NCBI GenBank assembly: GCA_050115495.1
Contig: JASFQK010000010.1
Coordinates: 1 to 64,000, forward strand
DNA: 64,000 bases
Reading direction: 5' to 3'
Source: Phycisphaerae bacterium
Lineage (GTDB): Bacteria; Planctomycetota; Phycisphaerae; UBA1845; Fen-1342
Shown here: in pieces, positions 44,541-54,776 of the stretch
Layout: every line of letters begins with the position of its first letter
Position numbering within the stretch: the stretch's first letter is position 1
Translations under genes and position numbers: made by a program
Notes under the pieces: model-generated
The model's input: only the letters and a program-made list of their open reading frames with translations
Told to the model about the DNA's origin: nothing
Databases searched by the model: none

Positions 44541-46796
44541 TCAATGCGCGGCCACCGGCCGCGCGGCGCCACGTCGAGCGCAGGCTGCGTCGCGGTGCAA
44601 CGCCGCGTCGATCGCGCTGAGCAGGGCCTGCATGGCGAACGGCTTGCCGAGGAAGGCGACGGGTTCGGCCTCACCGCAACGGATGGGCGTCTGCTCGTGG
44701 CTGTAGCCGCTGGCGACGATGACGGGGATACCCGGCCGGATGTTGACCATCTCGCGGAACACATCCGCACCGCCGAGCCCCGGCATGGTCATATCCAGAA
44801 TGACCAGGTCGATATCGGCGGCGTGGTCTCGGAAGCAGTCGATGCCGGCCTGGCCGTCCGGAGCGGTTAGCACGGCGAGATCGCGCGTGCTCAGCATGTC
44901 CCGGATCACCTCACGGACCTCTTCCTCGTCGTCGATGACCAGCACGAGCGGCTGACCCTGTTGGCCCGGGCGCTCGCCGGCTGCACCGGCCACCCCGGAA
45001 GGCGCCTGCTGGATCGGCAGGGCAATGGTGAACCGCGTGCCTTTTCCCGGCTCGCTCTCCACGCGTACACCTCCGTGGTGGGCTCGCACCACTCCATGCA
45101 TCGCCGAGAGTCCGAGGCCGCGCCCGGTACCCTTCGCCGAGTAGAACGGCTCGAAGATGCGCTTGACCGTTTCTGGTGTCATTCCGCAGCCGGTGTCGTC
45201 CACGTGGATGGTGACGTACTTGCCGGCTGTCAGGCCCTGTCCAGAATATTTGCGCAGGATGTCCCCATCCGTCAACTCAATTAGCGAAGTACATAGGGTG
45301 ATACGCCCGGAATTTTCGCCGATGGCGTCGGCGGCGTTGACCAGCAGACTCGTCATTGTCTGCTGGAATTGTCCGGCATCGACGGCCACCAATGGCAGAT
45401 TGGCTTCGAGCTGTGTATCCAGCGTGATGCGGTCGGGAATCGCCGCTCGCATGAACTCGGCCGTGTCGCGAATCAGCCGATTCAGATCGAGCGCGTTGGG
45501 TTCGCAGGTGACGTGTCCAGAATAGGTTAGGATCTGCCGAATCACGCGGGAGGCCCGCTCGCAGGCCCGCACAATCCGCCGCAATCGGTCGCCGACCCCG
45601 CTCTCCGAAGGGACCTCGGTGAGGGCCAGGCAGGCGTGGCCCTGCACGCCGGCGAGGATATTGTTCAGGTCGTGAGCAATGCCGCCGGCGAGCAGCCCCA
45701 GGCTTTCGAGCTTCTGGGCCTGTTGAATTTGAGACTCCAGTGCTCGCCGTTCCTGTTCCGCCCGGCGGCGCTCCGACATGTCGCGAAACACCAGCACAGC
45801 CGCGAGGTGGTCCGGGCTTTCCGTCAGCGAGCTCAGCGAATAATCGACGGGGAACTGCGAGCCGTCTTCGCGCAGGAAGCTGGCCTCGCTGCGCAGGGCG
45901 CGGCCGCCGCCACTCAGCACGGCGCAGATGGGGCAGCCGTCACGGCCTGCGTCAGCCTCGTGCACCATCGTGGGGAAGAACACGTCGTGCGCCGAGCGGC
46001 CGATCAGTTGTCCGGTCGTCGTGCCCAGCAGGCGGGCCCCCGCCGGATTGACCAGCGTGATCCATCCAGCGGTGTCCACGCCGACGATACCCTCAGCGGC
46101 GGCGTCGAGGATGAGCTGCTGTTGCCGCGTCAGGCGGACCAGCTCTTCCTTGGCGCGCACGCGCTCGGTTACGTCGCGGGCCAGCCCGACGAGGATCTTC
46201 ACGCCGTCGTCGTGCAGCACGTTGATACTGATGTCCAGGTGGACGATGTGGCCGTCCTTGTGCCGGTGCGCCGTCGGGAAGTGGTGCAGGCCGGTGCGGG
46301 TGTGCGAGGGCACGCCGCCGCTGGGGTGCTCGTCCACTTCGAGGTCGCTGATGCGCATGCGCAGCAATTCGCCGGCGCTGTAGCCGGTCATAGCGCAGAA
46401 CGCCTCGTTTGCCTCGAGGAAGCGGCAGTCGGCGTCCACGACGAAGAAGCCGTCGATCGTGCTGCGCAGAATGGCTTCGTTTCGCCGGGCCAGGTTGCGG
46501 AACCGGTCGAGCGACGTGTCGAACTCGGCGGCGTCGTGCAGCACAACCAGCGCCGGCGGATCGCCACTCTCGGTGACGGCCAGCGGCAGAATGTCCACGA
46601 CGACCAGCGGCCGCTCCGGCTGAACGATGCTCAGCCGCCGCCGTGACCGCTCGCGACATGCCTCGTCCAACAGCCGCAGCAACTCCTCCTGCGATTCGGC
46701 GGGCAGATGTGCCATTACGCTACGCATGGCGGCGGGGTAGCCATCCATCGGCGAACCCAGGCACTTGCCGCTGCGATCCACCAGGGCCCAGTTCAT
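44541..46796 (-). CDS. PAS-domain hybrid histidine kinase with receiver domain
   Basis: Two PAS domains; AHDLNNIL; DTGCGM; GRGLGL; DLVILDMTMP. Confidence 0.92.
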   Translation of the reverse strand: MNWALVDRSGKCLGSPMDGYPAAMRSVMAHLPAESQEELLRLLDEACRERSRRRLSIVQPERPLVVVDILPLAVTESGDPPALVVLHDAAEFDTSLDRFRNLARRNEAILRSTIDGFFVVDADCRFLEANEAFCAMTGYSAGELLRMRISDLEVDEHPSGGVPSHTRTGLHHFPTAHRHKDGHIVHLDISINVLHDDGVKILVGLARDVTERVRAKEELVRLTRQQQLILDAAAEGIVGVDTAGWITLVNPAGARLLGTTTGQLIGRSAHDVFFPTMVHEADAGRDGCPICAVLSGGGRALRSEASFLREDGSQFPVDYSLSSLTESPDHLAAVLVFRDMSERRRAEQERRALESQIQQAQKLESLGLLAGGIAHDLNNILAGVQGHACLALTEVPSESGVGDRLRRIVRACERASRVIRQILTYSGHVTCEPNALDLNRLIRDTAEFMRAAIPDRITLDTQLEANLPLVAVDAGQFQQTMTSLLVNAADAIGENSGRITLCTSLIELTDGDILRKYSGQGLTAGKYVTIHVDDTGCGMTPETVKRIFEPFYSAKGTGRGLGLSAMHGVVRAHHGGVRVESEPGKGTRFTIALPIQQAPSGVAGAAGERPGQQGQPLVLVIDDEEEVREVIRDMLSTRDLAVLTAPDGQAGIDCFRDHAADIDLVILDMTMPGLGGADVFREMVNIRPGIPVIVASGYSHEQTPIRCGEAEPVAFLGKPFAMQALLSAIDAALHRDAACARRGAARPVAAH

Positions 46797-46858
46797 CAGG
46801 CGGTCCTCCCCGGGGCGACCACGTCGATCGGGCGTCCCTCATGTACCGGCTTCATTCC

Positions 46859-49321
46859 TCAATCCTCCTCCGTGACCCGCGTGTGCGCGAGGCACGCCGC
46901 GGCTTCATCGACGCGGCCGGCCAGGCGGAGCGCTTCCGCCTTCTGCCGCCACGCGGCGATCTCCATACTCCGATTCGCGTGCCGCCGGGCCAGCTCGATG
47001 CGGCGTTCCGCACAGGTCACCGCCGCTGTGCAGTTCGACAGCCGCAGGTTCAGGTCGGCCATGTACTCGTACACGCGTGCCAGACCGTTCCAGAAGCTCG
47101 TCTGCTCGAGGATGTTCAGCGCCGTGGCCAGCTCGGCCTTGGCTTCACCCAGCCGCCCCTGCAACAACGCACAATGCCCCACGTTCATATGGGCGATGCC
47201 CATGTTCACGTAGTCGTCGCTCTCCTGGGCCAGGCCCAGCGCCCGGCGGAAGTAGCCGCGAGCCTCTTCGTAGCGCTTCTGCTCGCGGAGCACGTGGCCC
47301 ATACCGTTGTAAGGCCCGATCAGCGCCACGATCGCGCCGTAGCGCTTGTGCGTCTCCACCGCTCGCAGGTACGTCTCTTCCGCCTCCGCCTGCCGCCCCA
47401 GTTGCAGCAGCACGAAGCCCAGGTTGTTCCGGATCGAGGCCAGCTCCGCCGTCATCCCCAGCCGCTCAGCCGCCTGCACGGCCCGCCGCAGGCAATCGTT
47501 CGCGGCGTCGTATTGCCCGCGGAAGTAGTGCATCGAGCCCAGGTTGGCCAGGGCCTCGACCTTCAGCCGTTTGTCCTTCCTCGTCTGGGCCAGTGCTTGC
47601 TGGCGCTGGTTGTAGGCGATGGCCTCGTCGTATCGTCCCATCCGGCCGCAGCACACGCCGACGAAACCGATCGCCTCGCCCAGCTCGGGCTCGAGGGCGA
47701 GTGCTTCCTCCGCCAACTGCATCGCCGTCGCGTAGTCGCCACGCAGAAACGCCCGCTTCGCTGAGAAGAAGCGTTCCTCCGCGGCCAGCCCGCCGACGCC
47801 CACAGCCCTCTTCGCCGGCGGTTCGATGCCGTCGCTCAGTCCGAGCGCCGCCGCCAGCCGCGTGCCCAACTCTGTCTCCAGGTCGGCCAGCGTGGACAGC
47901 GGCCCTTCGACCGCGGGCACGCCGGCGGCGTTGTCCTGACCGACCTGATGGATGCGGACTGCCAGCCGGATCGCGTCGCCCTGTCGGCGGAACGTGCCCT
48001 CCACCACGCGAGCCGCACCGCACAGCCGCCCCGCCTCCAGAAGCTGCCCGCCGCGCGGTCGGTCCGCCCGGGCGCGGATGTGTTCGAACGTCTCCAGGAA
48101 CTGGTCCGCGGCCACCACGTAAGCTTCCGGCGAACGGGCCAGGGTCCGAGCCAGGTGGTCCGCGACGGCGTGGCCCAGCCAGTCGTCGTCGGACGTTCCC
48201 GACTCGCTCTCGAACGGGAGCACCGCCAAGCCGTGTGCCGCCGGCGCCGTGCCGCCCATGCTCGTCGTGGCGGTGGGTCGCTCCGCGGGTTGTTCCAGGT
48301 GGGCGGCCAGCGTCGCGGCCGACTCGAAGCGGACCGATGGCTTGGGCGCCAGCAGCCGCAGAATCGTCTCGATCAACCAGTCGGGGATGTCCGTCGGCGC
48401 GTCCTCCGGCCAGGAGACGGCGTGTGGTCCACCCGCCAGGAGCGTGCGATAGACGCTGTTGCCGCGGGGCGGTCGGCCGGTCAGCAGCTCGAACGCGGTG
48501 GCGCCGAGGGAGTACAGGTCGGCCGCCGGCCCGATGTTCTGCGCGTCGGCCAGCACCTCCGGGGCGGCGTAGGCGAGTGTGCCGTCGCGGCCCTCGCCGG
48601 GGACCAGGGTCAGACGCGGCTGGGCATGCGCCAGACAAACCACGCCAAGATCCGCCACGCGGAGCCGGCCGTCGACACCCAGCAACAAATTGCCCGGCTT
48701 CACGTCGCGGTGGACCAAACCCGCCGCATGGATGGCTTCGAGTCCGCCGGCGGCGTCGAGGAGGAAGCGGATGACCTGTCGCCAGTCGGTGCGGGTTGTG
48801 CCGCCGACCGCGGGCGAGAGATCCGTCCCCTCGACGTACTCCATGACGAAGTACCACATGCCGTCGAGCTCGTCGCCATCGAGCACGCGGACGACGTTCG
48901 GGTGGTTCACGCGGAAGCCGGCGGAAGCCTCGTTGCGCAGCCGGCGGGCGGCGGCGTCACTGGCGTGCTGTACGCGATAGGGGAGCACCTTCACCACGCA
49001 GGGGTGGTTCAGGAACTCGTGATGGGCAAGGAACGTGAGGCCGTGCGCGCCACGGCCGATAAGGTCGACCAGCCGGTATCGCTCGCGAAGCACCGTTCCT
49101 GGCGAGAGAGGCAACGCCGCCGTCAGCACCTGCGTGGTGGGGGCCGGGCCGGCGATGCGCGGGAGGGCGACCAGGAAGCCGCACACCTCGCAGCGGCCGA
49201 GAGACGGTGCCACCGCCTGCAACGTTCCCGCCTCGCCGCAGTTCGTGCAGCGGCCGTTCTGCGCCGCCGGGCGTGAGCCCGGGGTCGACGTGGGGAAGCG
49301 ATGAGTGGAAGCGCCGGTCAT
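46859..49321 (-). CDS. Ser/Thr kinase with N-terminal Zn ribbon, TolB-N-like domain and TPRs
   Basis: CTNCG...CEVCG; GRGAHG, HRDVKPGN, DLG, YAAPE; LAVLPFE..DDWLG; C-terminal TPRs. Confidence 0.9.
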   Translation of the reverse strand: MTGASTHRFPTSTPGSRPAAQNGRCTNCGEAGTLQAVAPSLGRCEVCGFLVALPRIAGPAPTTQVLTAALPLSPGTVLRERYRLVDLIGRGAHGLTFLAHHEFLNHPCVVKVLPYRVQHASDAAARRLRNEASAGFRVNHPNVVRVLDGDELDGMWYFVMEYVEGTDLSPAVGGTTRTDWRQVIRFLLDAAGGLEAIHAAGLVHRDVKPGNLLLGVDGRLRVADLGVVCLAHAQPRLTLVPGEGRDGTLAYAAPEVLADAQNIGPAADLYSLGATAFELLTGRPPRGNSVYRTLLAGGPHAVSWPEDAPTDIPDWLIETILRLLAPKPSVRFESAATLAAHLEQPAERPTATTSMGGTAPAAHGLAVLPFESESGTSDDDWLGHAVADHLARTLARSPEAYVVAADQFLETFEHIRARADRPRGGQLLEAGRLCGAARVVEGTFRRQGDAIRLAVRIHQVGQDNAAGVPAVEGPLSTLADLETELGTRLAAALGLSDGIEPPAKRAVGVGGLAAEERFFSAKRAFLRGDYATAMQLAEEALALEPELGEAIGFVGVCCGRMGRYDEAIAYNQRQQALAQTRKDKRLKVEALANLGSMHYFRGQYDAANDCLRRAVQAAERLGMTAELASIRNNLGFVLLQLGRQAEAEETYLRAVETHKRYGAIVALIGPYNGMGHVLREQKRYEEARGYFRRALGLAQESDDYVNMGIAHMNVGHCALLQGRLGEAKAELATALNILEQTSFWNGLARVYEYMADLNLRLSNCTAAVTCAERRIELARRHANRSMEIAAWRQKAEALRLAGRVDEAAACLAHTRVTEED

Positions 49322-49469
49322 TGGAATTCACGCAATCAGCTTGACAAAAGAGGCATTATCGGTACTTTAGAAACTGAGCGAGGTTGTTGAACGTTCATAG
49401 ACACCCAGGGAGCGCGTCTCAAAGCGCGCATCACAGGGACCCGTGGAAGGTCTGCGCTCCCATGGGGCA

Positions 49470-49499
49470 ATTATAGCCCGTTGCGCGCACCTCGTGCAA
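49470..49499 (-). promoter_or_regulatory. Sigma70-type promoter for the kinase-HK operon
   Basis: Minus strand TTGCAC-18 nt-TATAAT. Confidence 0.55.
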
Positions 49500-50012
49500 G
49501 TGGTTCTGCCCTGCGGTTCCCTTCCGGAGTACCAGAGATGTTTCTGCAACTCACCGCCGGTGGCCTCGACGCCTTGCAGTCATTCATTGACATCATCACG
49601 CGTATGCTGGCAGGTGGCTAAATGATCGTCGTCATCACCGAAGTCGACCATATCGTCACCACCTGACCGATCTGAGGCCGGACCGTGCCGTGCGCGGTTC
49701 GGGCGTCAGCGGCGACGATCCGAAGAGAGGGAGCGGGGGCGCTATCGGCGCACACCGCGGCCTTCTATCCCCATCGATCAATCGAGTGCATGCGCTGAAA
49801 TTGTGTGCGCACTGCGGCGGTGACGGTATGCCGACAGTGCCATGTTCTTCCTGCGCTGACGGAAACCCGTCGCGTTGTTGCGCATGGTGTGGGCCGCACG
49901 TTCTGCGCACGTGCCCCCATTTCGGTTGACGCGACTTGCGCGGGGGGCGTACGATCCGCTTGAACGTACGGGGTTGGAGTACGCCGCCTCGCAACGCACG
50001 GAAGCGCCCCTA

Positions 50013-51875
50013 GTGTCGCTATCACCAGCAGGACAATCGCCGGGCGAACCGGGTGCGGTCGAGCCGCAGCCGACGCCGGCCGACGCCACGCCGGCGGATT
50101 CCGGGGGACTCGCTCCGCTCCCGCTCGACACGACGTCGCCGCAGCTCACGTGGCGGGCCGTGCTGACCGGGATGGTCCTGGGGGGGCTGTTCGCCGTCTG
50201 CAACGTCTACGTGGGGTTGAAGACCGGGACGGTGTCCAGCATGTCCCTCGCGGCGGCACTGCTGGGATACGGCGCGTGGGCTGGGTTGCGCACGGCGAGC
50301 GGGCGGCGAATCCGCTCGTTGGGGATGTTGGAAAACAACATCTGCCAGACGGCGTCATCAGCCGGGGCGAGCGCAGCGTCGGCGGGCCTGGTCGCGGCGA
50401 TACCGGCGCTGACGCTGCTGACGGGACAAACACTCTCGTGGGGCTGGCTGTCGGCGTGGGTGCTGTCGGTCATGCTGGTGGGCATCGTCGTGGCCGTGCC
50501 GCTGCGGCGGCGGATGATCGTCAAGGATCGCCTGCGGTTCCCGGCTGGCGTGGCCTGCGCCGAAATGCTCCGCGATCTGCACACGCGCGGCCGTGGCATG
50601 CTCGCCCGCGGGATCGTGCTTGTCGGCTCCGGCGTGGCGGCGGTAGTGACGCTTCTGCTCGCGGAGGCGAAGGTGCTGTTGCCGTGGATGCCTTCGCTGA
50701 AGATTCGCGGCATCTCGATCGGCACGTTGTCGTTTGGGCTGAGTCCATCGCTGATGCTTGTTGGGATCGGTGGCCTGATCGGCTTGCGTGTCTGCGCGGC
50801 GCTGCTTCTCGGCGCGGTCGTCGCGTATGGCCTGTTGGGGCCCTCGTTTCCCGAGTACGGGCACTTTCAACAGAACGGGCAACTGAGTTTCGCCGGGATG
50901 CAGAGCTGGCTCATCTGGCCCGGTGTGACGCTGATGGTCGTCGGCTCGTTGGCTTCGTTGTGCCTGTCCTGGCGTGTTGTCGCGGGGATGTGGCGGCGTC
51001 GACGGCCGGAGGAGGTGGAAGCGTCGGTTAGGGCGGAAGGCGTTCGGCGATCGTGGTACGTGCTGGCCCTGCTGGTCGTTGGCGGGCTGGCGGTGAGTCT
51101 GCAGATATCACTGTTCGGGATCGTCTGGTGGCTGGCGGTGCTGGCTGTGCTGTTGACGTTCGCCCTGGCGGCGGTGGCCGCTCGCGTGAACGGCGAGGTC
51201 GGCCTGGCGATGGTGGGGGCGATGGGCAAGATCACGCAACTCATGTTTGGGGCTATCGCACCGCAGAGCGCAGTGCCCAACTTGATGGCGGCAAACGTCA
51301 CCGGCGGAGCGGCGAGCCAGTGTGCCGACCTGATGGATGACCTGAAATGTGGATACCTGCTCGGGGCGAGTCCGCGCCGGCAGACGTTAGCTCAGATCTG
51401 TGGTGCGGTCGTGGGGGCGATGGTCGGATCGGCGGCGTACCTCGTGCTGCTTCCCGACCCGAAAGTGATATTCCGGCCGGAAGGCGGGTGGGGGGCGCCC
51501 GCCGTGAAATCCTGGAAGGCCGTTGCCGAGTTGTTTCTCAATGGCTTCGACGCATTGCCGAGAGGGGCGGGGGGCGCGATGGTGCTGGCGGCGGTGGCGG
51601 GAGTCCTGCTGCCCGTGGTTCAGCAGTTGTTGCCGAATCGGTTGCGGGCGCTCGTGCCGAGCCCTGCGGCTCTGGGCCTGGGTTTCCTGCTGGGGGGGGC
51701 AATGGCCATGACGATGTTTGTGGGCGGGTTGCTGGCGGCGGTCGCGGGACGGCTGTTCAAAGGCTGGGCGGCGCGATTCGCCATGGTGATCTGCGTTGGC
51801 CTGGTCGTCGGCGAGAGCCTGACTGGCACCGCAACGGCCCTGTTGAAGGCACTCTGGGGTATCTCCCTTTCCTAA
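50013..51875 (+). CDS. OPT family oligopeptide transporter
   Basis: QLTWRAV..G, NVYVGLKTG, LENNICQT..SA, LRFPAG.A.AE, DLMDDLKCGYLLGASPR.Q; start estimated. Confidence 0.9.
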   Translation: MSLSPAGQSPGEPGAVEPQPTPADATPADSGGLAPLPLDTTSPQLTWRAVLTGMVLGGLFAVCNVYVGLKTGTVSSMSLAAALLGYGAWAGLRTASGRRIRSLGMLENNICQTASSAGASAASAGLVAAIPALTLLTGQTLSWGWLSAWVLSVMLVGIVVAVPLRRRMIVKDRLRFPAGVACAEMLRDLHTRGRGMLARGIVLVGSGVAAVVTLLLAEAKVLLPWMPSLKIRGISIGTLSFGLSPSLMLVGIGGLIGLRVCAALLLGAVVAYGLLGPSFPEYGHFQQNGQLSFAGMQSWLIWPGVTLMVVGSLASLCLSWRVVAGMWRRRRPEEVEASVRAEGVRRSWYVLALLVVGGLAVSLQISLFGIVWWLAVLAVLLTFALAAVAARVNGEVGLAMVGAMGKITQLMFGAIAPQSAVPNLMAANVTGGAASQCADLMDDLKCGYLLGASPRRQTLAQICGAVVGAMVGSAAYLVLLPDPKVIFRPEGGWGAPAVKSWKAVAELFLNGFDALPRGAGGAMVLAAVAGVLLPVVQQLLPNRLRALVPSPAALGLGFLLGGAMAMTMFVGGLLAAVAGRLFKGWAARFAMVICVGLVVGESLTGTATALLKALWGISLS

Positions 51876-51975
51876 CGCAACACGCACCGCCGCAGTCGGG
51901 TCGACCGCAGGCGGTGCGTGTGTTGTTCGGTCCGTCCGGCGGCCGCACGGGGCGGCCGGGCCGGCGGTTCAGCGG

Positions 51976-53046
51976 CTATTCCTCGGGCTCGACCAGCTTG
52001 AACTCTCGCTCGATGATCGGCGCCTCGTTCCCGATCGAGAACAGCTTGGCGACGAACTTCTCGCCACCGGCAGCCACCAGGTCAGCCACCGGCACGGCGA
52101 CGGCCACGCCGCGCTTGCCGAGGCTGGGCGACCAGGTGAACTCGTGCTCGACGAGGTACTCGGTGCCGTCCTTGGGCGAGATCGCCAGCCGGAAGTCGTT
52201 GCGGTCGCAGGGCTTGGGCAGGTCGCGGGCCACCAGCAGGATCTCGGCCACGTTGGTCGGGACCTTGCTGGTTTCCTCGTAGCGGCCTTCGTAGTAGCCA
52301 GTGGCGACGATGAGGCAATCGCCGTCCAGCTTCACGCTCACTTCGATCGGGGCAACGGCCTTGTTCAGGGCCGCCGCCACCTCGAGGGCGACGTCCTCAG
52401 CCAAGTCTTCGGGCGAGGAGCCCGGCGGGCTGTTCCACTGCGAGTCGTCCTTCTCGATCGGCTGCGTCGTGTAGCTCACCAGCACGTGCCCGGTGGCTGC
52501 ATCGATGACCCGCACGTTGCCGGCGAGGCGGGCGATGTGCCGGTACTCGGTGTACACGTCCTCGCCGACCACGACTGGCCGTCCGGCGCGGTCGCGGATC
52601 ACGCGGCCCCGGCGGTCCTTGGCGTAGCGGGGCACGCGTCGCTCGTGCTGTTCGCGCGCGAGGTCGTATTGCGTGATGCGCCCGATGACCAGGGCCTGGG
52701 CGACCTCGACCATGCCCTCGGGCATAGCGGTGCCGGGATCAGACACGCCAGCGAGCCGCGCCAAGTCCTGTTCGGTCATGACGGCGGCCAGATCGCTCCG
52801 TGTGGCCACGTGGAACGCGCCGCTCTGCGTCAGGAGATCCACGAAATAGAACTCGGCTTGGCGGGCGGCCTCGGCTGCTTCCGGCTTGTCCGCCGGCACC
52901 TGGAAGGGCAGCACAGCGATACGCCGGTAGCTCTCATACTGCCACTCTGGATGGGAAACGATGTTGGCCGACCGCCGCTTGGCACAGCCGGCGCAGACAA
53001 GCAGCGCCATGCCCAGTACAAGTAACCACTTCCCTGCGCGCACCAT
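51976..53046 (-). CDS. CsgG/HfaB-like lipoprotein
   Basis: Lipobox CAGC; RIAVLPF; F.VATRSDLAAVMTEQDL; VRVIDAATG. Confidence 0.8.
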   Translation of the reverse strand: MVRAGKWLLVLGMALLVCAGCAKRRSANIVSHPEWQYESYRRIAVLPFQVPADKPEAAEAARQAEFYFVDLLTQSGAFHVATRSDLAAVMTEQDLARLAGVSDPGTAMPEGMVEVAQALVIGRITQYDLAREQHERRVPRYAKDRRGRVIRDRAGRPVVVGEDVYTEYRHIARLAGNVRVIDAATGHVLVSYTTQPIEKDDSQWNSPPGSSPEDLAEDVALEVAAALNKAVAPIEVSVKLDGDCLIVATGYYEGRYEETSKVPTNVAEILLVARDLPKPCDRNDFRLAISPKDGTEYLVEHEFTWSPSLGKRGVAVAVPVADLVAAGGEKFVAKLFSIGNEAPIIEREFKLVEPEE

Positions 53047-53120
53047 GGGCATCTCCTTGAGGGGGCTCTGTGAATGGACAGCCGGAGGGCGACGAGGTCG
53101 CCCCCGGCCGCGTGCTCAGA

Positions 53121-53306
53121 TCAGTTGGTGCCCGTCAGTCCGCCGAGAAGGGCGCTGACCAGGCCCGAAAGCCCGGTCGAGAGCACCGTTTGCAGGATCG
53201 AAGAGAGCTGCCGATCGCTGAGGCCCGAGCAGCCACCAGCGCTCATCAACGTCATGCAGCCCAGGCAGAACATCATCATCCGACCGCGCCAAACTGGATT
53301 CTTCAT
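53121..53306 (-). CDS. Small 61-aa putative lipoprotein
   Basis: Strong RBS (GAGGAAAGGA), AGGC lipobox, amphipathic helical tail; TATAAT upstream. Confidence 0.75.
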   Translation of the reverse strand: MKNPVWRGRMMMFCLGCMTLMSAGGCSGLSDRQLSSILQTVLSTGLSGLVSALLGGLTGTN

Positions 53307-53362
53307 GTTCCTTTCCTCTTACAGGCTAAGTGAAAACCACCCACGGGCGCATTATAGCCCGT

Positions 53363-54562
53363 TCAAGGATTCCGGCGAGCGGGCTGGCTGGTGGGTTCGC
53401 CGCGTTTGAGGATCTCGATCTCCGTCGCTCGCACCACGTCCGCTCCCAGGGCCGCGTCGTGCCGTTTTTCGCCCCGGACGCCGACGTATTGCCCGATGAA
53501 CGGGGTCATGTCGATAGTTGTCGCCGGCGCCAACTCGACGTAGGCGACGACCCGTTTGGCCAGAGGGTCGAGGATCTCGAATCCGGGGCGGCTCGGTTCT
53601 GAACCGGTCGCGTAGCTGCGTAGCAACTGGCCGCGGGCGGCGTACGCCGGCCGGCTGGTGGCACCTTCGCGGGCCCGGCGGATCTGCTCCATCTCCCGCT
53701 GGAAACGGGCCCGGGCGTCGCGGGAGCGGTCGGCGATGTCGCGGGCCTGGCCCAGCGCCGCCTGTTCCGCCTCCCGCTGCTGCAAGCGGGTGATCCACTC
53801 CGCCGCCAGCCGGGCCACGCGGGGCTCCTCCCGCTGTTCGGCCAGGGGGCGAAGCTCCTCCCGGGCTCCGGTCCATTCCTGTTCGAGTGGCGGCTTGCGG
53901 CTTTCGGCGTCGATGACGGCCTCGATCAGGACGAGCCGCTGGGCCCATTTGCCCGTCAAGTCGAGTTCGTCGCTGGGTTGCGAGGTGGCCGCCGGCTCGG
54001 TGGTCGCGCCGGGCTGGGCCGCGGCCTTCTCCTCCCGGAGCCGCTGGGCGGTCTCGGCGTCAATGCGCTCGACGAACTCATTCGAGATGTAGAAGAACAC
54101 ATTCGGCGGCGGCACGATCTGGAGCCAGTCGCCGTCGCGGCCGACGATCCGCACTTCGGTGCCGCGGGACAAGCGGGTCTGCACCTCGCTGCGGAGGGGT
54201 TCGAGCGTGGTCAGGCGGCTGCCGACGCGGACGCGGAGCCGGCCGCTGGCCACGGATACGACGCCGCGGTCCGCGTCGAGCTGGTCGATGTAGGTCGCTG
54301 AGACGTAGGAGAACACGCCTTCCGGCGGCACGATGCGGTGCCAGCCGTACTGCTCGTCGATCGCCTCAAGCACCGCGTCGTGGTCGAACTGCTCGACGGC
54401 CGTGCTGTTCCGGTCGGGACGGTTGCGGAGGTGGACGCGGTCGGCGGTGACCCGCAGCCAGTAGTGGGCGGGCTCCGGCTCGGCGGGAGGCGTCTGCCCG
54501 AGACCAGCGATGGCCATCGCGGCCCACGACAGGGCAAGCGCCGCCTGGAACAACCTTCTCAT
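53363..54562 (-). CDS. Exported protein with two bacterial SH3 domains and a coiled coil
   Basis: VTADRVHLRNRP...GWHRIVPP..FSYVS; LRVRVGS...DWLQIVPP..FYIS. Confidence 0.85.
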   Translation of the reverse strand: MRRLFQAALALSWAAMAIAGLGQTPPAEPEPAHYWLRVTADRVHLRNRPDRNSTAVEQFDHDAVLEAIDEQYGWHRIVPPEGVFSYVSATYIDQLDADRGVVSVASGRLRVRVGSRLTTLEPLRSEVQTRLSRGTEVRIVGRDGDWLQIVPPPNVFFYISNEFVERIDAETAQRLREEKAAAQPGATTEPAATSQPSDELDLTGKWAQRLVLIEAVIDAESRKPPLEQEWTGAREELRPLAEQREEPRVARLAAEWITRLQQREAEQAALGQARDIADRSRDARARFQREMEQIRRAREGATSRPAYAARGQLLRSYATGSEPSRPGFEILDPLAKRVVAYVELAPATTIDMTPFIGQYVGVRGEKRHDAALGADVVRATEIEILKRGEPTSQPARRNP

Positions 54563-54776
54563 GGCGAATCCTCACCTTCAGCCGACGGGCCGGGGTGCTG
54601 ACCGCACACCAACGCGGAGGCTAGCTCTCCGCCGGTCCGGTGTCAATTTATCCGGGGGCGGGCTCATGGCTTACGGCTCTGCCTGCTCGCGGCTCACAGC
54701 TTGCGGCAGGATTCCGCGCTGTCGGCGGTCGGCGCCCTTGGCGCACAGGCCTAGTTGCGGGCATTCTACCCGCACG

